Position numbers and translations under genes: made by a program. From contig OY969724.1 of assembly GCA_963702205.1 (NCBI GenBank), forward strand, positions 1,664,001 through 1,728,000: a stretch of DNA of 64,000 bases. The letters run 5' to 3'. Below the pieces are notes generated by a model. The model saw only the letters and a program-made list of their open reading frames with translations, was not told the DNA's origin and ran no database searches. This stretch comes from an uncultured candidate division Zixibacteria bacterium. GTDB taxonomy: Bacteria; Zixibacteria; MSB-5A5; GN15; PGXB01. Shown one piece after another: positions 18,725 to 29,029 of this stretch. Positions within the stretch are counted from its first letter, which is position 1. The number at the start of each line of letters is the position of its first letter.

Positions 18725-20413
18725 ATGGCACAAGCACTTAAGACTTCAAAAAAGCCGGAAATACCCGACTACGAAATAACTTCAAAGATCGGGGAAGGCG
18801 GCATTGCCGAAATTTTCAAGGCGCGCCAGATTTCCCTGAACCGCGATGTCGCGATCAAAGTCCTTTTCGCCGATCTTACCAACGACGAGGACATCGTCCG
18901 GCGTTTCGACCAGGAATCGTTTACCATCGCCCGTCTCAATCATCCCAATATCGTGCACGTCATCGACCGGGGCAAGGACGGCGACCGCTATTATTTCATA
19001 ATGGAATTCGTGGACGGCATTTCGTTCAAGGACATGATTCTGTCCGATAAGTACACTTTTCAGAATAAAATGAAAATCATAATCGGGGTTTTGAAAGGCC
19101 TCGATTACGCTCATAAAAACGGCGTTATCCACCGCGACATCAAACCGGCCAACATTTTGATCGACCGCGAGGGCAATCCGCTCGTGGCCGATTTCGGCAT
19201 CGCGCAGATAGTCAACAAGACCGATCAGGAATCCACGTCGACCGATATAATCATGGGCACGCTGGCGTACATGTCGCCCGAGCAAAAATTATCTTCGGCC
19301 AATGTCAATCTGACGACCGACATTTATTCGGTCGGGGTTATGATATACGAAATCCTGACCGGGCAGAAACCGCACGGAAGGTTCAAGCTGCCGTCGGAGA
19401 TTGACCCGAAGTACAACCGGGCTTTCGATGACATCATCAACCGCTGTCTGGCGCAAAGTCCGAGCGACCGTTTCCAAAGCGCGGTGGAACTTAAGGACGC
19501 GCTGCTGAACGCGTTGTCCATGCCGGGAGTCGGAGAACAGCCCGCGCCGAACAACCGGGCGTCGGATTCGTTTGTCGGCAAATGCCAGTACCTCGACACT
19601 CTCAAAGAAACGAAATACAGCTCGACCATGCTGGTGGAGAACAAAGAGACGCATCAGCTGTATGTCATCAAGAAGAAAGAGCGCTCGACCGACGGGCTTC
19701 GTGAAGCGCGTATGCTGGCGAGTTTGAAGCATAAAAACATAATCGATATTCTTGGCGCCGGAGGGGACGCCAAGCGCACGGTTATTATGATGGAATACGC
19801 CCCCGGAGGATCGCTGGCCGACCGCATGGTTCGTAAGTACGAATACGAACAGGCGATGCATATCGTATCGGAACTAGCCGAGGGGCTCGATTTTGCGCAC
19901 AAGCACGGTATCATCCACGGCGATATCCGGCCATCGAACGTGCTTTTTTGCAAGGATGATCAGATAAAGCTGTCCGATTTCGGTCTGCCGCCGCATTATA
20001 ATCTGAAAGAGAAAAACTGGTACGCTCCTCCGGAGAAGAAAACCTCCCGTCAGGGTGACATTTATTCTCTGGGTGTAATCTTGTATCAGCTTCTAACCGC
20101 GAGCAACCCGGCCTATGACCGGGGCGGCAAGCTCTATACAACACCGCTTAACAGAACCGTCCCTGAAGAGTTTAAAAAAATAATATCAAAAATGTTAGCG
20201 ATAAGAGTATCGCGTCGGTATGGTGAAATTGAAGAATTTCTCAAGGACTGGGAGAACCTCCAGAAATATTTGAATCGCCCCACCCGACCCGTTGTGCCAA
20301 TCGTGCAGGAAGAAAAGCGGAGCGGTATCGATAAAAAACAGATTTTGATTTTCTCTGCAATTTCATTCGCCATCGTAGTCATCACCGCGCTGTTGATATA
20401 TTTCCTGAAATAA
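18725..20413 (+). CDS. Hanks-type Ser/Thr kinase with two tandem kinase domains and a C-terminal TM anchor
   Basis: Domain 1: IGEGG, VAIK, HRDIKPAN, DFG, YMSPEQ. Domain 2: VIKK, HGDIRPSN, DFG. Hydrophobic C-terminus. An alternative start lies at 18716. Confidence 0.9.
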   Translation: MAQALKTSKKPEIPDYEITSKIGEGGIAEIFKARQISLNRDVAIKVLFADLTNDEDIVRRFDQESFTIARLNHPNIVHVIDRGKDGDRYYFIMEFVDGISFKDMILSDKYTFQNKMKIIIGVLKGLDYAHKNGVIHRDIKPANILIDREGNPLVADFGIAQIVNKTDQESTSTDIIMGTLAYMSPEQKLSSANVNLTTDIYSVGVMIYEILTGQKPHGRFKLPSEIDPKYNRAFDDIINRCLAQSPSDRFQSAVELKDALLNALSMPGVGEQPAPNNRASDSFVGKCQYLDTLKETKYSSTMLVENKETHQLYVIKKKERSTDGLREARMLASLKHKNIIDILGAGGDAKRTVIMMEYAPGGSLADRMVRKYEYEQAMHIVSELAEGLDFAHKHGIIHGDIRPSNVLFCKDDQIKLSDFGLPPHYNLKEKNWYAPPEKKTSRQGDIYSLGVILYQLLTASNPAYDRGGKLYTTPLNRTVPEEFKKIISKMLAIRVSRRYGEIEEFLKDWENLQKYLNRPTRPVVPIVQEEKRSGIDKKQILIFSAISFAIVVITALLIYFLK

Positions 20414-20486
20414 ATATAGTACTGCCCAATTGCGGCCAACCACCCGTTGGGTGGGCTAAAAGAATTTTAATAAACACTTCGTACCT

Positions 20487-20779
20487 ATAATGTCATTCCC
20501 GCGTAGGCGGGAATCCAGGGTCTTCATGAAATCGTATTGCGTTTATATAATGGCCAGCAAGAAAGTCAGGATACTGTGGGCGTTAGACGCCCCCGTCTGA
20601 CGCCTGGCTGATTTATTGCACCATCCGACAACCGGCAGACGAGGGCGTCTGCCGGTCACTTAATTGCAAAACACAATCTCATCTGGGATGATTTGTATGA
20701 ACAATTAATATAAGAACTGGATACCCGCCTACGCCGAAGGTGCTGAGGAACGAAGTGCGGGTATGACATTGGAGGGGAC
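20487..20779. repeat. Composite palindromic repeat, copy 1
   Basis: Block A ATAATGTCATTCCCGCGTAGGCGGGAATCCAG (20487-20518), block B (20576-20638) and block C (20716-20779) all recur at 22609-23002. Confidence 0.85.
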
Positions 20780-20948
20780 ATATGACATTGAAGAGGCATT
20801 GGTGGCCATTTTGGCGACATGCCCCCCTGCCCGCGCCTCCGAGAACCCTTCCCGACGACATTCCCCATTCGCATTCAGCATTGACAAAACCAAATCTATT
20901 ATTAACTTTACTTTGTAGGAGTTTAGCAAATTATTTGGGGGACTTATC

Positions 20949-22535
20949 ATGTTTGATAAATCTATATTCCTTGCAACTTTATTATTCTTATTAATCATCC
21001 CTTTGACTTCCTCCGCCGATTGGATAACCAAAGGTACTTACTCCGAGAAAGCTGGTATTGACTCGCTTGAAAGATTGCTGGTTATTAATGATACTCAAGA
21101 CAATACCTATTTCGGCTATGGCATTATCCCACTCGGAGATATAAATGACGATGGTAAAGACGATATAATTCTTGCCCGTACCCATTTTACCCCCCTCATT
21201 AAGGACAGCAGCTTTCTTTATTATGGAGGAAATCCGCCTGACGGTAATCCTGATGCTGCTTTTGACAATTTTACCCCGTTCACATTTAATATCGGTGACA
21301 TAAATGGCGATGGTTATGATGATCTGGCGAGAGAGGACTATCCAGCAAAGATATACTTGTTTTATGGCGGCCCTCTTCTTGACAATATTCCTGATTTTAC
21401 ATTTACCGGGGTTGAGGCACCATATATTCCTAAAGCAGCAGATATAGATGACGATGGCGTTCTTGATCTTGTTTTGACCGAACACCCGGCGGGGGGAAAT
21501 GTCTATATTTATAAGATGGGGGCCACTATTAGCGACATTCCTGAATATACTATCCCTGCGTTGGATCCATATTACGGGTGCCAGGTGGCAATACTGGATT
21601 TCAATGGGGACGGCTATGCGGATATTGCCGCTGCCTATATGAATACCGTGGATGATATTTACAAGGTCTTGCTATATTGGGGAGGGCCTGATTTTGATAC
21701 GACACCGGATTTTGAGATTCCCGGTAACGCAGATCTTTTTGGCAATCTTACAAGACCAGCCGGCGATTTTAACGGAGATGGATACGATGACTTAATCATA
21801 ATGGGTTTGGCCAACGCGAGGTTTGGCGTCTTTTTTGGAGGCCCGGATTATGATGATCAACTTGACATTCCTTTAAATTATAGGGGGTCTACCAGCTACT
21901 TTGTCCCGAGTACCGTTGACATTGCCGGTGATGTCAACAACGATGGCTATAATGATATTATTGTTGGATATATGCTTGATGGCCTTACCGGTTGGTTTTA
22001 TCTTCACCTGGGCGGGCCCGATGTCGACTCAATAGCCGATGTAGTACTTTCTGACTTCGATTTTCTTCCCGAAAGCGTTAATGGTTACGGCAAGTGCCTG
22101 GCCGGTATCGGCGATTTTAATGGCGATGGCCTTGACGACTTCGCTGTAAGATCACAGACAGACGTCCAGGTTCATTGGCAAAGTATGGTTCATATCTTTT
22201 CCGGCTGGGATAATTCAACGGTGGACGTTCCCTATGACTATGAACCAACCGTGCCGAATGCGTTTAAATTAAATCAGAATTATCCCAATCCATTTAATCC
22301 AACGACGACAATTTCTTTCGAGATTCCAAATAAAACTCACGCTGTACTGAGCATACACAACATCCTCGGACAACAAGTGGCACGGCTGATAGACAAAGAC
22401 CTCGCGGCCGGATCATACAACGTCAAATGGAACGGCACCGACGGTTCCAATAAACCTCTTGCCTCCGGCGTTTACTTGTACCGTCTGACCACCGACAAAG
22501 CCGTGTATTCTAAGAAGATGATATTAATGAAATAG
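20949..22535 (+). CDS. Secreted FG-GAP (integrin-like beta-propeller) repeat protein with T9SS type-A/FlgD-like tail
   Basis: Signal peptide, repeated GD(I/F/V)NGDGYDD motifs, tail LNQNYPNPFNP...SKKMILMK. Confidence 0.9.
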   Translation: MFDKSIFLATLLFLLIIPLTSSADWITKGTYSEKAGIDSLERLLVINDTQDNTYFGYGIIPLGDINDDGKDDIILARTHFTPLIKDSSFLYYGGNPPDGNPDAAFDNFTPFTFNIGDINGDGYDDLAREDYPAKIYLFYGGPLLDNIPDFTFTGVEAPYIPKAADIDDDGVLDLVLTEHPAGGNVYIYKMGATISDIPEYTIPALDPYYGCQVAILDFNGDGYADIAAAYMNTVDDIYKVLLYWGGPDFDTTPDFEIPGNADLFGNLTRPAGDFNGDGYDDLIIMGLANARFGVFFGGPDYDDQLDIPLNYRGSTSYFVPSTVDIAGDVNNDGYNDIIVGYMLDGLTGWFYLHLGGPDVDSIADVVLSDFDFLPESVNGYGKCLAGIGDFNGDGLDDFAVRSQTDVQVHWQSMVHIFSGWDNSTVDVPYDYEPTVPNAFKLNQNYPNPFNPTTTISFEIPNKTHAVLSIHNILGQQVARLIDKDLAAGSYNVKWNGTDGSNKPLASGVYLYRLTTDKAVYSKKMILMK

Positions 22536-22608
22536 CCTTCGATCAGGATCACGCATTGTTCCCGAAGCACTATAGGCCAAATGAAACTCTAATGAGCAGA
22601 TTGCCATA

Positions 22609-23002
22609 ATAATGTCATTCCCGCGTACGCGGGAATCCAGTCTTTATTGCAGTTCCGTCAGGTCCTGCGCCGGAGGCGTGTGACCTGACGGTTCTTAATT
22701 GTGTCAGGTCACACCCATAGGAATGGGCAGGACCTGACACAACTTTGTTTCCGAGTTAGATTGTATTGTACGAATAACTAATGTAATAACTGGACACCGT
22801 GGGCGTTAGACGCCTTCGTCTGACGCCTCGTTGATTTATGGCACAATCCAACAACCGGCAGGTCCAAGTAGGTCAGGAGCCGTGCGCTCCTGACGTCTTT
22901 GATTTGATGATCTTTAAGATGTCTACAATATTTCAAAGACTGGATACCCGCCTACGCCGAAGGTGCTGAGGAACGAAGAGCGGGTATGACATTGAAGGGG
23001 AC
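22609..23002. repeat. Composite palindromic repeat, copy 2
   Basis: Blocks A (22609-22640), B (22799-22861) and C (22939-23002) match copy 1. Extra GTCAGGTC...GACCTGAC hairpins at about 22654-22740. Confidence 0.85.
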
Positions 23003-23067
23003 TTTGGAAACCATCTCAGAGCAGTAGGCCACACCGACTCGCGGCGTGACATATTTCTTGAACGAAA

Positions 23068-23883
23068 TTAAAAAGATTCTTCTTCGGAAGGATACCGTCC
23101 GGTGCGGACGTCGCCGATGTACGCCCTGGCGGCCTTTTCGATTTCTGCCGAAAGGTCGGTGTAACGCCGTACAAATTTCGGCTTGAAGATATCGTACAGT
23201 CCCAGAATATCATTGATGACCAACACCTGCCCATCACAGTGTGGTCCGGCCCCGATACCGATAGTCGGGATGCCGACCGATTTCGTGATTTCGGCCGAGG
23301 TGTCGCTCTGGATCAGTTCCAGGACTATCGAGTACGCTCCCGCTTCTTCCAGAGCCTGGGCCGATTCCAGTAAGTACTGTATTGATTTATCGGCGCGTCC
23401 CTGTACTTTCGGCCCGCCGAAGCGATGAATCGACTGCGGTGTCATGCCGATGTGACCCATCACGGGAATCCCGCAATCGGTGATGCGTTTGATGGTCGGC
23501 GCCATCTCGACGCCGCCTTCGAGCTTGACCGTATCGCACCCCGTCTCACGCATGAACCGCCCGGCGTTATTAACCGCCGTTTCGAACGAGGGCTGATAGG
23601 ACATGTACGGCATGTCGGCGATAACCAGTGCCGACGGATTGGACAGCGCGACGGCTTTGACATGGGCCAGCATTATATCCATATTGACCGCAAGGGTCGT
23701 ATCGTTACCATAGAGCGCCATACTAACCGAATCTCCGACCAGAAGGGCATCGACTCCGGCGCGGTCAAGAAATTTCGCGGTGAAATAGTCATAGGCGGTC
23801 AGCACCGCTATTTTTTCGCCCTTGCGCTTTTTTTCGGCGAATGTCTGAATCGTGACTTTTTTTCTTTTTTCGTTTTTATCCAA
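23068..23883 (-). CDS. panB: 3-methyl-2-oxobutanoate hydroxymethyltransferase
   Basis: LTAYD, LLVGDS, VKLEGG, GHIGMTPQ and IGIGAG..CDGQVLV. Confidence 0.97.
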   Translation of the reverse strand: MDKNEKRKKVTIQTFAEKKRKGEKIAVLTAYDYFTAKFLDRAGVDALLVGDSVSMALYGNDTTLAVNMDIMLAHVKAVALSNPSALVIADMPYMSYQPSFETAVNNAGRFMRETGCDTVKLEGGVEMAPTIKRITDCGIPVMGHIGMTPQSIHRFGGPKVQGRADKSIQYLLESAQALEEAGAYSIVLELIQSDTSAEITKSVGIPTIGIGAGPHCDGQVLVINDILGLYDIFKPKFVRRYTDLSAEIEKAARAYIGDVRTGRYPSEEESF

Positions 23884-23898
23884 GGGAATAATCTCCGA

Positions 23899-24543
23899 TC
23901 AGGCGGCGTGACCGGCCGGAACGTAATATTTTTTCCCGGCCACGGGCTTTTCGATGATTTGCACGAGGTTTTCGAAATCATCGGAATTTTCGACAAAGTC
24001 GATGTCATCGGTCTTAACCACCAGAAGAGGCGTATCGCTGAAATGGAAGAAATGATAGTTGAACGATTCGTTCAGCTGTTCGATATAGTCGCTGCTGATA
24101 GGCCGCTCGAAAGACAGATTGCGTTTGCGGATGCGCTCCATAAGGATCGGTGTCGAAGCCTGGAGATAAACGGTCAGATCAGGTTTGGGAATATCGGCGG
24201 TCAGGAGCGGCACCAGTTTATTGTAGAGAATCTGCTCGCGGTTCGAGAGCGTTATCGAGGCGAAAACCTGGTTGCGGTCGAAAGAATAGTCGGCGACTAT
24301 TTTCTGGGCGAACAGATCGCGTGCCACCAGCGCCTGTTGCTGCTGATAGCGGGTCATCAGGAAAAAGATTTGAGTAGAAAAAGCGTACTTTTTCTGATTT
24401 TTGTAGAAGTCCACGAGGAAGGGATTGTCCATAGCCTCATCGAGGACCAGTTCCGCGCCGATTTTTTCGGCCAGCATCCGGGCGAAGGTTGATTTGCCGA
24501 CGCCGATGACGCCTTCAATGGCGATATAATTAGGTTCGAGCAT
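23899..24543 (-). CDS. Deoxynucleoside kinase
   Basis: IAIEGVIGVGKST P-loop, NPFL..FY, PDLTVYL. Typical position between folK and panB. Confidence 0.92.
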   Translation of the reverse strand: MLEPNYIAIEGVIGVGKSTFARMLAEKIGAELVLDEAMDNPFLVDFYKNQKKYAFSTQIFFLMTRYQQQQALVARDLFAQKIVADYSFDRNQVFASITLSNREQILYNKLVPLLTADIPKPDLTVYLQASTPILMERIRKRNLSFERPISSDYIEQLNESFNYHFFHFSDTPLLVVKTDDIDFVENSDDFENLVQIIEKPVAGKKYYVPAGHAA

Positions 24544-25045
24544 CCTTAGTCGAAAATTCTTTATATAATGTAAGATCTCTGCTTTTAATTTCCCGGTAAT
24601 ATACGGAAATTTTCTCGTGTGTCACGGGATGAATTAAATTTTTGTCGATTTCCAGAAGCGGCGCGATGACAAATTCCCGCTGAAGCATTTTGCGATGAGG
24701 GATCGACAGGTCTTTCATTTCGATGACCTGATTTCCGAACAATATAATGTCGATATCAATCGTTCGCGGTTTCAGCTCGCCTTTGCCGGTCCGTCCCAGT
24801 TGATTTTCAATTCTCTGGAGGTTGTTCAAGAGCTCCATCGGGCGGTATTTGTAGCGCCCTTCCAGCGCCAGATTCATGAAATCCGGGGCTTTGTCGTCCA
24901 TTTCAACCGGCTGGCTTATATATAAAGAGGAACAGGTGACGGTTTCGAATCCTTCCAGGGCCGAAATGGCTTCCACGGCCCTGACGAGGTTTTGTTCACG
25001 GTCTCCCAGATTAGAACCTAAAGACAGATATACAGTTTCGCTCAT
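24530..25045 (-). CDS. folK: 6-hydroxymethyl-7,8-dihydropterin pyrophosphokinase
   Basis: YLSLGSNLGDR, PRTIDIDII and IPH motifs. Confidence 0.96.
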   Translation of the reverse strand: MSETVYLSLGSNLGDREQNLVRAVEAISALEGFETVTCSSLYISQPVEMDDKAPDFMNLALEGRYKYRPMELLNNLQRIENQLGRTGKGELKPRTIDIDIILFGNQVIEMKDLSIPHRKMLQREFVIAPLLEIDKNLIHPVTHEKISVYYREIKSRDLTLYKEFSTKDART

Positions 25046-25056
25046 GCGACCTCCTT

Positions 25057-25452
25057 TTATTCTTTATTATCGGACAATATCCGGGTCGCATCAGGCTGAT
25101 GTCGGGAAACTTCCACCTCGATATTATCTATGGTTCCTGCGATAGGAGGCGTCATTTTGCGGACGCGCACGGTTACGCGAAAAACGGCGAATTTGCCGAG
25201 AAGGTCTTCGGCGATCGCTTTGGCCAGCGATTCCAGAAGAGAGAAGGCTTTGCCCTCGACGATTTCGCGGACAGACGAATACACGGCGACGTAATCAATG
25301 GTGTCGGTCAGATTGTCGGTTTGTCCGGACGGGGCAAGGTCGGCTTCGAGCTCGCAATCGACCTCGAATCGTCGGCCGGTCTCTTTCTCGGCGGCGCTGA
25401 CGCCGTGATAACCATAGAAAACCATTTTGTTTAATCTGATCACATCCATCAT
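25057..25452 (-). CDS. folB: Dihydroneopterin aldolase
   Basis: FYGYHGV..AE, DTIDY and LLESLA motifs. Confidence 0.95.
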   Translation of the reverse strand: MMDVIRLNKMVFYGYHGVSAAEKETGRRFEVDCELEADLAPSGQTDNLTDTIDYVAVYSSVREIVEGKAFSLLESLAKAIAEDLLGKFAVFRVTVRVRKMTPPIAGTIDNIEVEVSRHQPDATRILSDNKE

Positions 25453-26625
25453 TTATCTCTTTGGTTTGGTCAATATTGTCGTGCCCGATTCCAGCCTTTG
25501 CCGCGCCATTTGATAATCCTCGACCGAGGCCGTCAACGACAGCCGGAAATGGCCGTCGCCGGTTTCTCCGAAGGCGTTGCCCGGCAACACGAGAATGCCC
25601 TTGCGGCGGATAAGAGTCTGGGCCAAAGTTCCGGATAAACGCCGTCCCGGAATTTTGATCCACAGGAACGGGCTGGATTTGCCGCCGACAATTTCCCAGC
25701 CGTATTTTTCCACCAGTCCGGACGCCTCGTGACGGGCTCCGGCAATCGCTTTTCGCGTGTCTGTAAGCTCTTTCGACGGATATTTTTTTATGGCATCGAC
25801 GGCCTGTTCTATCCAGGCCAGCGGAATTATTGTCCCCAGTGTTTTAGCGAAATGCTCCAGGCCCCGGATTATCTCCCGTTGCCCGACCGCGAAACATAAC
25901 GGCATATAGGCCAGGCCGAACGTGAATGGTAACGAAAACAGCTCCAGCGCGACTTTCGGACCGCCCGGAACTGACAGGAGCGATACATATTTTTCCTCGG
26001 CCAGCGAGCTATAGGCGGCGTCGTTGATGATGAAGATGTTCATTTTCGAGGCCGCGCGCACCATATTCGAGAGGTCGGTTTGATCGAGCATCATGCCGGT
26101 CGGGTTGTGGGGATTGTTCAGGAACAATATTTTGGCCGTCTTGCCGAGATTCGACGAAATTATTTTCATCGACGGCTTATATTCCGTGTTTTTTGAAATC
26201 GGGTAGGTTACCGGAACCCCTCCGGCGGCGATAACCATCTTTTTATAAAATGAAATTCCCGGCTCGGGGCAGAGGACCGTGTCACCGTGGTCGACGAAGG
26301 CCAGACAGATGTCGAATACGGTACGTCGGATTCCCTGACCGACATAAATTTCCTTTCCGGGAATAACTTTAATGCCGAGTTCGCTTTTCAGCCATTCAGC
26401 CAGGATAATTTTGAAATCGGCGATGTCGTCGCGGCGGGCCAGTTGCGCTCCGGATTTTTCGGAACCGGCTATTCGCATGCCCGGCATCCAGCGGAATTTG
26501 GCGAGATCAATAATAGGCAATTTTTTAGGGTTGCGCACCAGCGTCTTCTTGGGCAGGTATTCTTCAATGTCGAACGGAAAGTGATACAACTTGTCGGATT
26601 TTTCCAGAATGACCTTTTTAATCAT
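25453..26625 (-). CDS. Class I/II aminotransferase homolog (DapL/MtnE-like) lacking the PLP lysine
   Basis: NNPHNPTG, DAAYS and FRLSL are present, but the SxSK motif reads SLPFT. Confidence 0.85.
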   Translation of the reverse strand: MIKKVILEKSDKLYHFPFDIEEYLPKKTLVRNPKKLPIIDLAKFRWMPGMRIAGSEKSGAQLARRDDIADFKIILAEWLKSELGIKVIPGKEIYVGQGIRRTVFDICLAFVDHGDTVLCPEPGISFYKKMVIAAGGVPVTYPISKNTEYKPSMKIISSNLGKTAKILFLNNPHNPTGMMLDQTDLSNMVRAASKMNIFIINDAAYSSLAEEKYVSLLSVPGGPKVALELFSLPFTFGLAYMPLCFAVGQREIIRGLEHFAKTLGTIIPLAWIEQAVDAIKKYPSKELTDTRKAIAGARHEASGLVEKYGWEIVGGKSSPFLWIKIPGRRLSGTLAQTLIRRKGILVLPGNAFGETGDGHFRLSLTASVEDYQMARQRLESGTTILTKPKR

Positions 26626-27274
26626 CGGTGGACCTGTCGGAGCTTAACGATTTCCCTATCATTTCCAGCCGGCGGATTTCATCCGGGACCAGCGGGTCTA
26701 TTTCCCCAAAAGCCGAGGCAATATAGGCAATTCGAGCCAAATTTTCAACCATTTCCATGCGGATGAACGCCTCTTCCATGTTTCGCCCCAAAGTCAGGAC
26801 GCCGTGATTTTTCATAATAAAGGCGTTATGACCTTCAATGTGTTTTTCCAGATGCTCGGCCAGCTGGTCGGAACCGGGTGGGGCATATTCCACCGTAGTG
26901 ATGCGGCCGACAATGACGACGGCTTCGGGCAAGAATGCCTGAGGAAACGGGGTGCCGGTCACGCCGATGGCAGTAGCGTGCGGCGGGTGGGCGTGGCAGC
27001 AGGCCGATATTTCCGGCCGGTTGCGATAAGCCGCAATATGTATCCTGTATTCCGAGGAAGGTTCTTTCTGCCCGAGCTTCGGTGCGCCTCGCTCATCCAA
27101 TTCGATTATATCGTGCGTTTCCAGCCGCCCCAGGCAGGCCCCGGCGGCGGTAATACAGACGCGGCCGGATTCGTCGCGAACCGAGAGGTTTCCCTGGCTG
27201 GCAATCACCAGCGACCGGTCATAAAGCCTTCGGCCGAATTCGATTAAGGTCGTCACGAATATGTCTTTGGGCAT
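26618..27274 (-). CDS. Class II aldolase/adducin family protein
   Basis: GNLSVR, PSSE..IH, HAHP and NHG zinc ligands. Confidence 0.92.
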   Translation of the reverse strand: MPKDIFVTTLIEFGRRLYDRSLVIASQGNLSVRDESGRVCITAAGACLGRLETHDIIELDERGAPKLGQKEPSSEYRIHIAAYRNRPEISACCHAHPPHATAIGVTGTPFPQAFLPEAVVIVGRITTVEYAPPGSDQLAEHLEKHIEGHNAFIMKNHGVLTLGRNMEEAFIRMEMVENLARIAYIASAFGEIDPLVPDEIRRLEMIGKSLSSDRSTDD

Positions 27275-27476
27275 AACTTTAAATGATAATTGAAGCTATT
27301 TGAAATGTCAACGGTGCCGTCGGAAACAAATTGGGGCTTTATAAGATTTAATATATCAGAAACTTATGGGTGTAACTCTGCATGAATTGAAACTTTTGAA
27401 AATTTGTCAAGTAAAAAATTATTGACGAGATGAAAGAAATTACGTATTATAAGAAGTTATCCAATTTGGAGGAGGC

Positions 27477-28982
27477 ATGTTGAACGGGAATTCTCACCGC
27501 CCGCAAAAGGGCGCAAGGGGCAGTTATTCTTATTTTCGCTGGATATTCCTGGCTATAGGTTTGATTATTCTGGGAGTAGTGATTGCTTCCAATCTGAGTC
27601 TGGAACCGAAAGCCGTTGCCGACGTCACCGAAAGCAACCCGTATCCGGTAGTAAAAACCGATGAGGGGGTCTATCATTCACCATTCGTAGGCGTGGTAAA
27701 ACGCGTGCAGGACGCCGTGGTTAATGTCTCCGCGACCATCAAGAGTGATAATCGTCAATACGATGATTTATTCTGGCGCTTTTTCCAGGTTCCTCAGGAA
27801 CCATCGACATCGTACGGTTCAGGGTTTTTCTTCCGTGACGACGGTTATATTTTGACCAACAACCATGTCATTCGCAACTCGGATAAAGTAGTGGTTCGGA
27901 CGTCAACCGGTTACGTTTACGACGCCAAAATTGTCGGGGCCGATCCCCAGACCGATTTAGCCGTTCTTAAGGTCGACCCTCAGGAAAAGATCACTATTAT
28001 ACCGTTCGGCAATTCCGACAGCATCATGGTGGGTGACTGGAGTATCGCCATCGGTAATCCGTTCCCGCAGGTGGGTTTGGACCGCACCGTCACGGTTGGC
28101 GTTATTTCGGCCAAAGGCCGCACCAATCTTCGTTTCGGCGAAGGCACGCCGCAATATCAGGATTTCATCCAGACCGACGCCTCGATCAACCCCGGCAATT
28201 CCGGCGGACCGCTGATTAATCTCAACGGAGAGGCGATCGGAGTCAACTCAGCTATATCGAGCCCCTCGGGTGGATCGGTCGGCATCGGTTTCGCGATACC
28301 GATTAATATCGCGAGAGCGATCGTTCCCGACCTGATCGAATCCGGCAAAGTTAGTCGTGGGTGGCTGGGCGTTTGGTTGTCCGACGTGACGCCCGAATTC
28401 GCCCGCGACCACGGTATGGATAAAGTTGGCGGCGTCTTGATCGATTCGGTCTTTTCCGGTTCTCCGGCCGACCAGGCCGGGATTAAAGGCGGCGATATAC
28501 TGTCGAAATTCAACGATCATGATATTGCCGAAATGGCCCAGTTCTCCGTATTAATTGCAACTGCACCTAAGAACAAGCCCTCGAAGATCGAAGTAATCAG
28601 AGACGGCAAACCAATGACGGTCACCGCTGTAATTACGGACAGAGATACATACCAGCGTGCGCATTCCGACCAATTCAGCAACACCGGTCAGGTTTTGGCC
28701 TGGCAGGGAATGGAGCTTTTGACTTTTACGCAGGATATAGCACAACGTATTGGCTCGGATTATTTCCCCGGCGTATATATAAATAGGGTAGCAAGAAACT
28801 CTGCGGCGGATCGATCGGGAATATTGCCCGGTTCGGTCATAACGCAGGTTAATGATAGTGCAGTAAAGAACCTGGTTGATTTGCAACAGGCAGCGGAACA
28901 AAGCAGGGATGTAAAAAAGGCCATTCCCCTTCTGCTCGTGGATCCCAGGGGTTCAATAGAGTACAAGGCTTTGAAGCCCTGA
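27477..28982 (+). CDS. degP: HtrA/DegP-family serine endoprotease with 2 PDZ domains
   Basis: TNNHV, TDLAVLK, IQTDASINPGNSGGPL, N-terminal TM segment. Confidence 0.93.
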   Translation: MLNGNSHRPQKGARGSYSYFRWIFLAIGLIILGVVIASNLSLEPKAVADVTESNPYPVVKTDEGVYHSPFVGVVKRVQDAVVNVSATIKSDNRQYDDLFWRFFQVPQEPSTSYGSGFFFRDDGYILTNNHVIRNSDKVVVRTSTGYVYDAKIVGADPQTDLAVLKVDPQEKITIIPFGNSDSIMVGDWSIAIGNPFPQVGLDRTVTVGVISAKGRTNLRFGEGTPQYQDFIQTDASINPGNSGGPLINLNGEAIGVNSAISSPSGGSVGIGFAIPINIARAIVPDLIESGKVSRGWLGVWLSDVTPEFARDHGMDKVGGVLIDSVFSGSPADQAGIKGGDILSKFNDHDIAEMAQFSVLIATAPKNKPSKIEVIRDGKPMTVTAVITDRDTYQRAHSDQFSNTGQVLAWQGMELLTFTQDIAQRIGSDYFPGVYINRVARNSAADRSGILPGSVITQVNDSAVKNLVDLQQAAEQSRDVKKAIPLLLVDPRGSIEYKALKP

Positions 28983-29029
28983 ACTCTTGACATAGGATAT
29001 CAACCTAAACTGGAGGATGAACATTCTTC

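Noticed and set aside
20487..23002. CRISPR array or integron attC sites
   Set aside because: There is no regular repeat-spacer period, no cas or intI gene, and no RYYYAAC/GTTRRRY ends; the repeats are REP-like palindromes.
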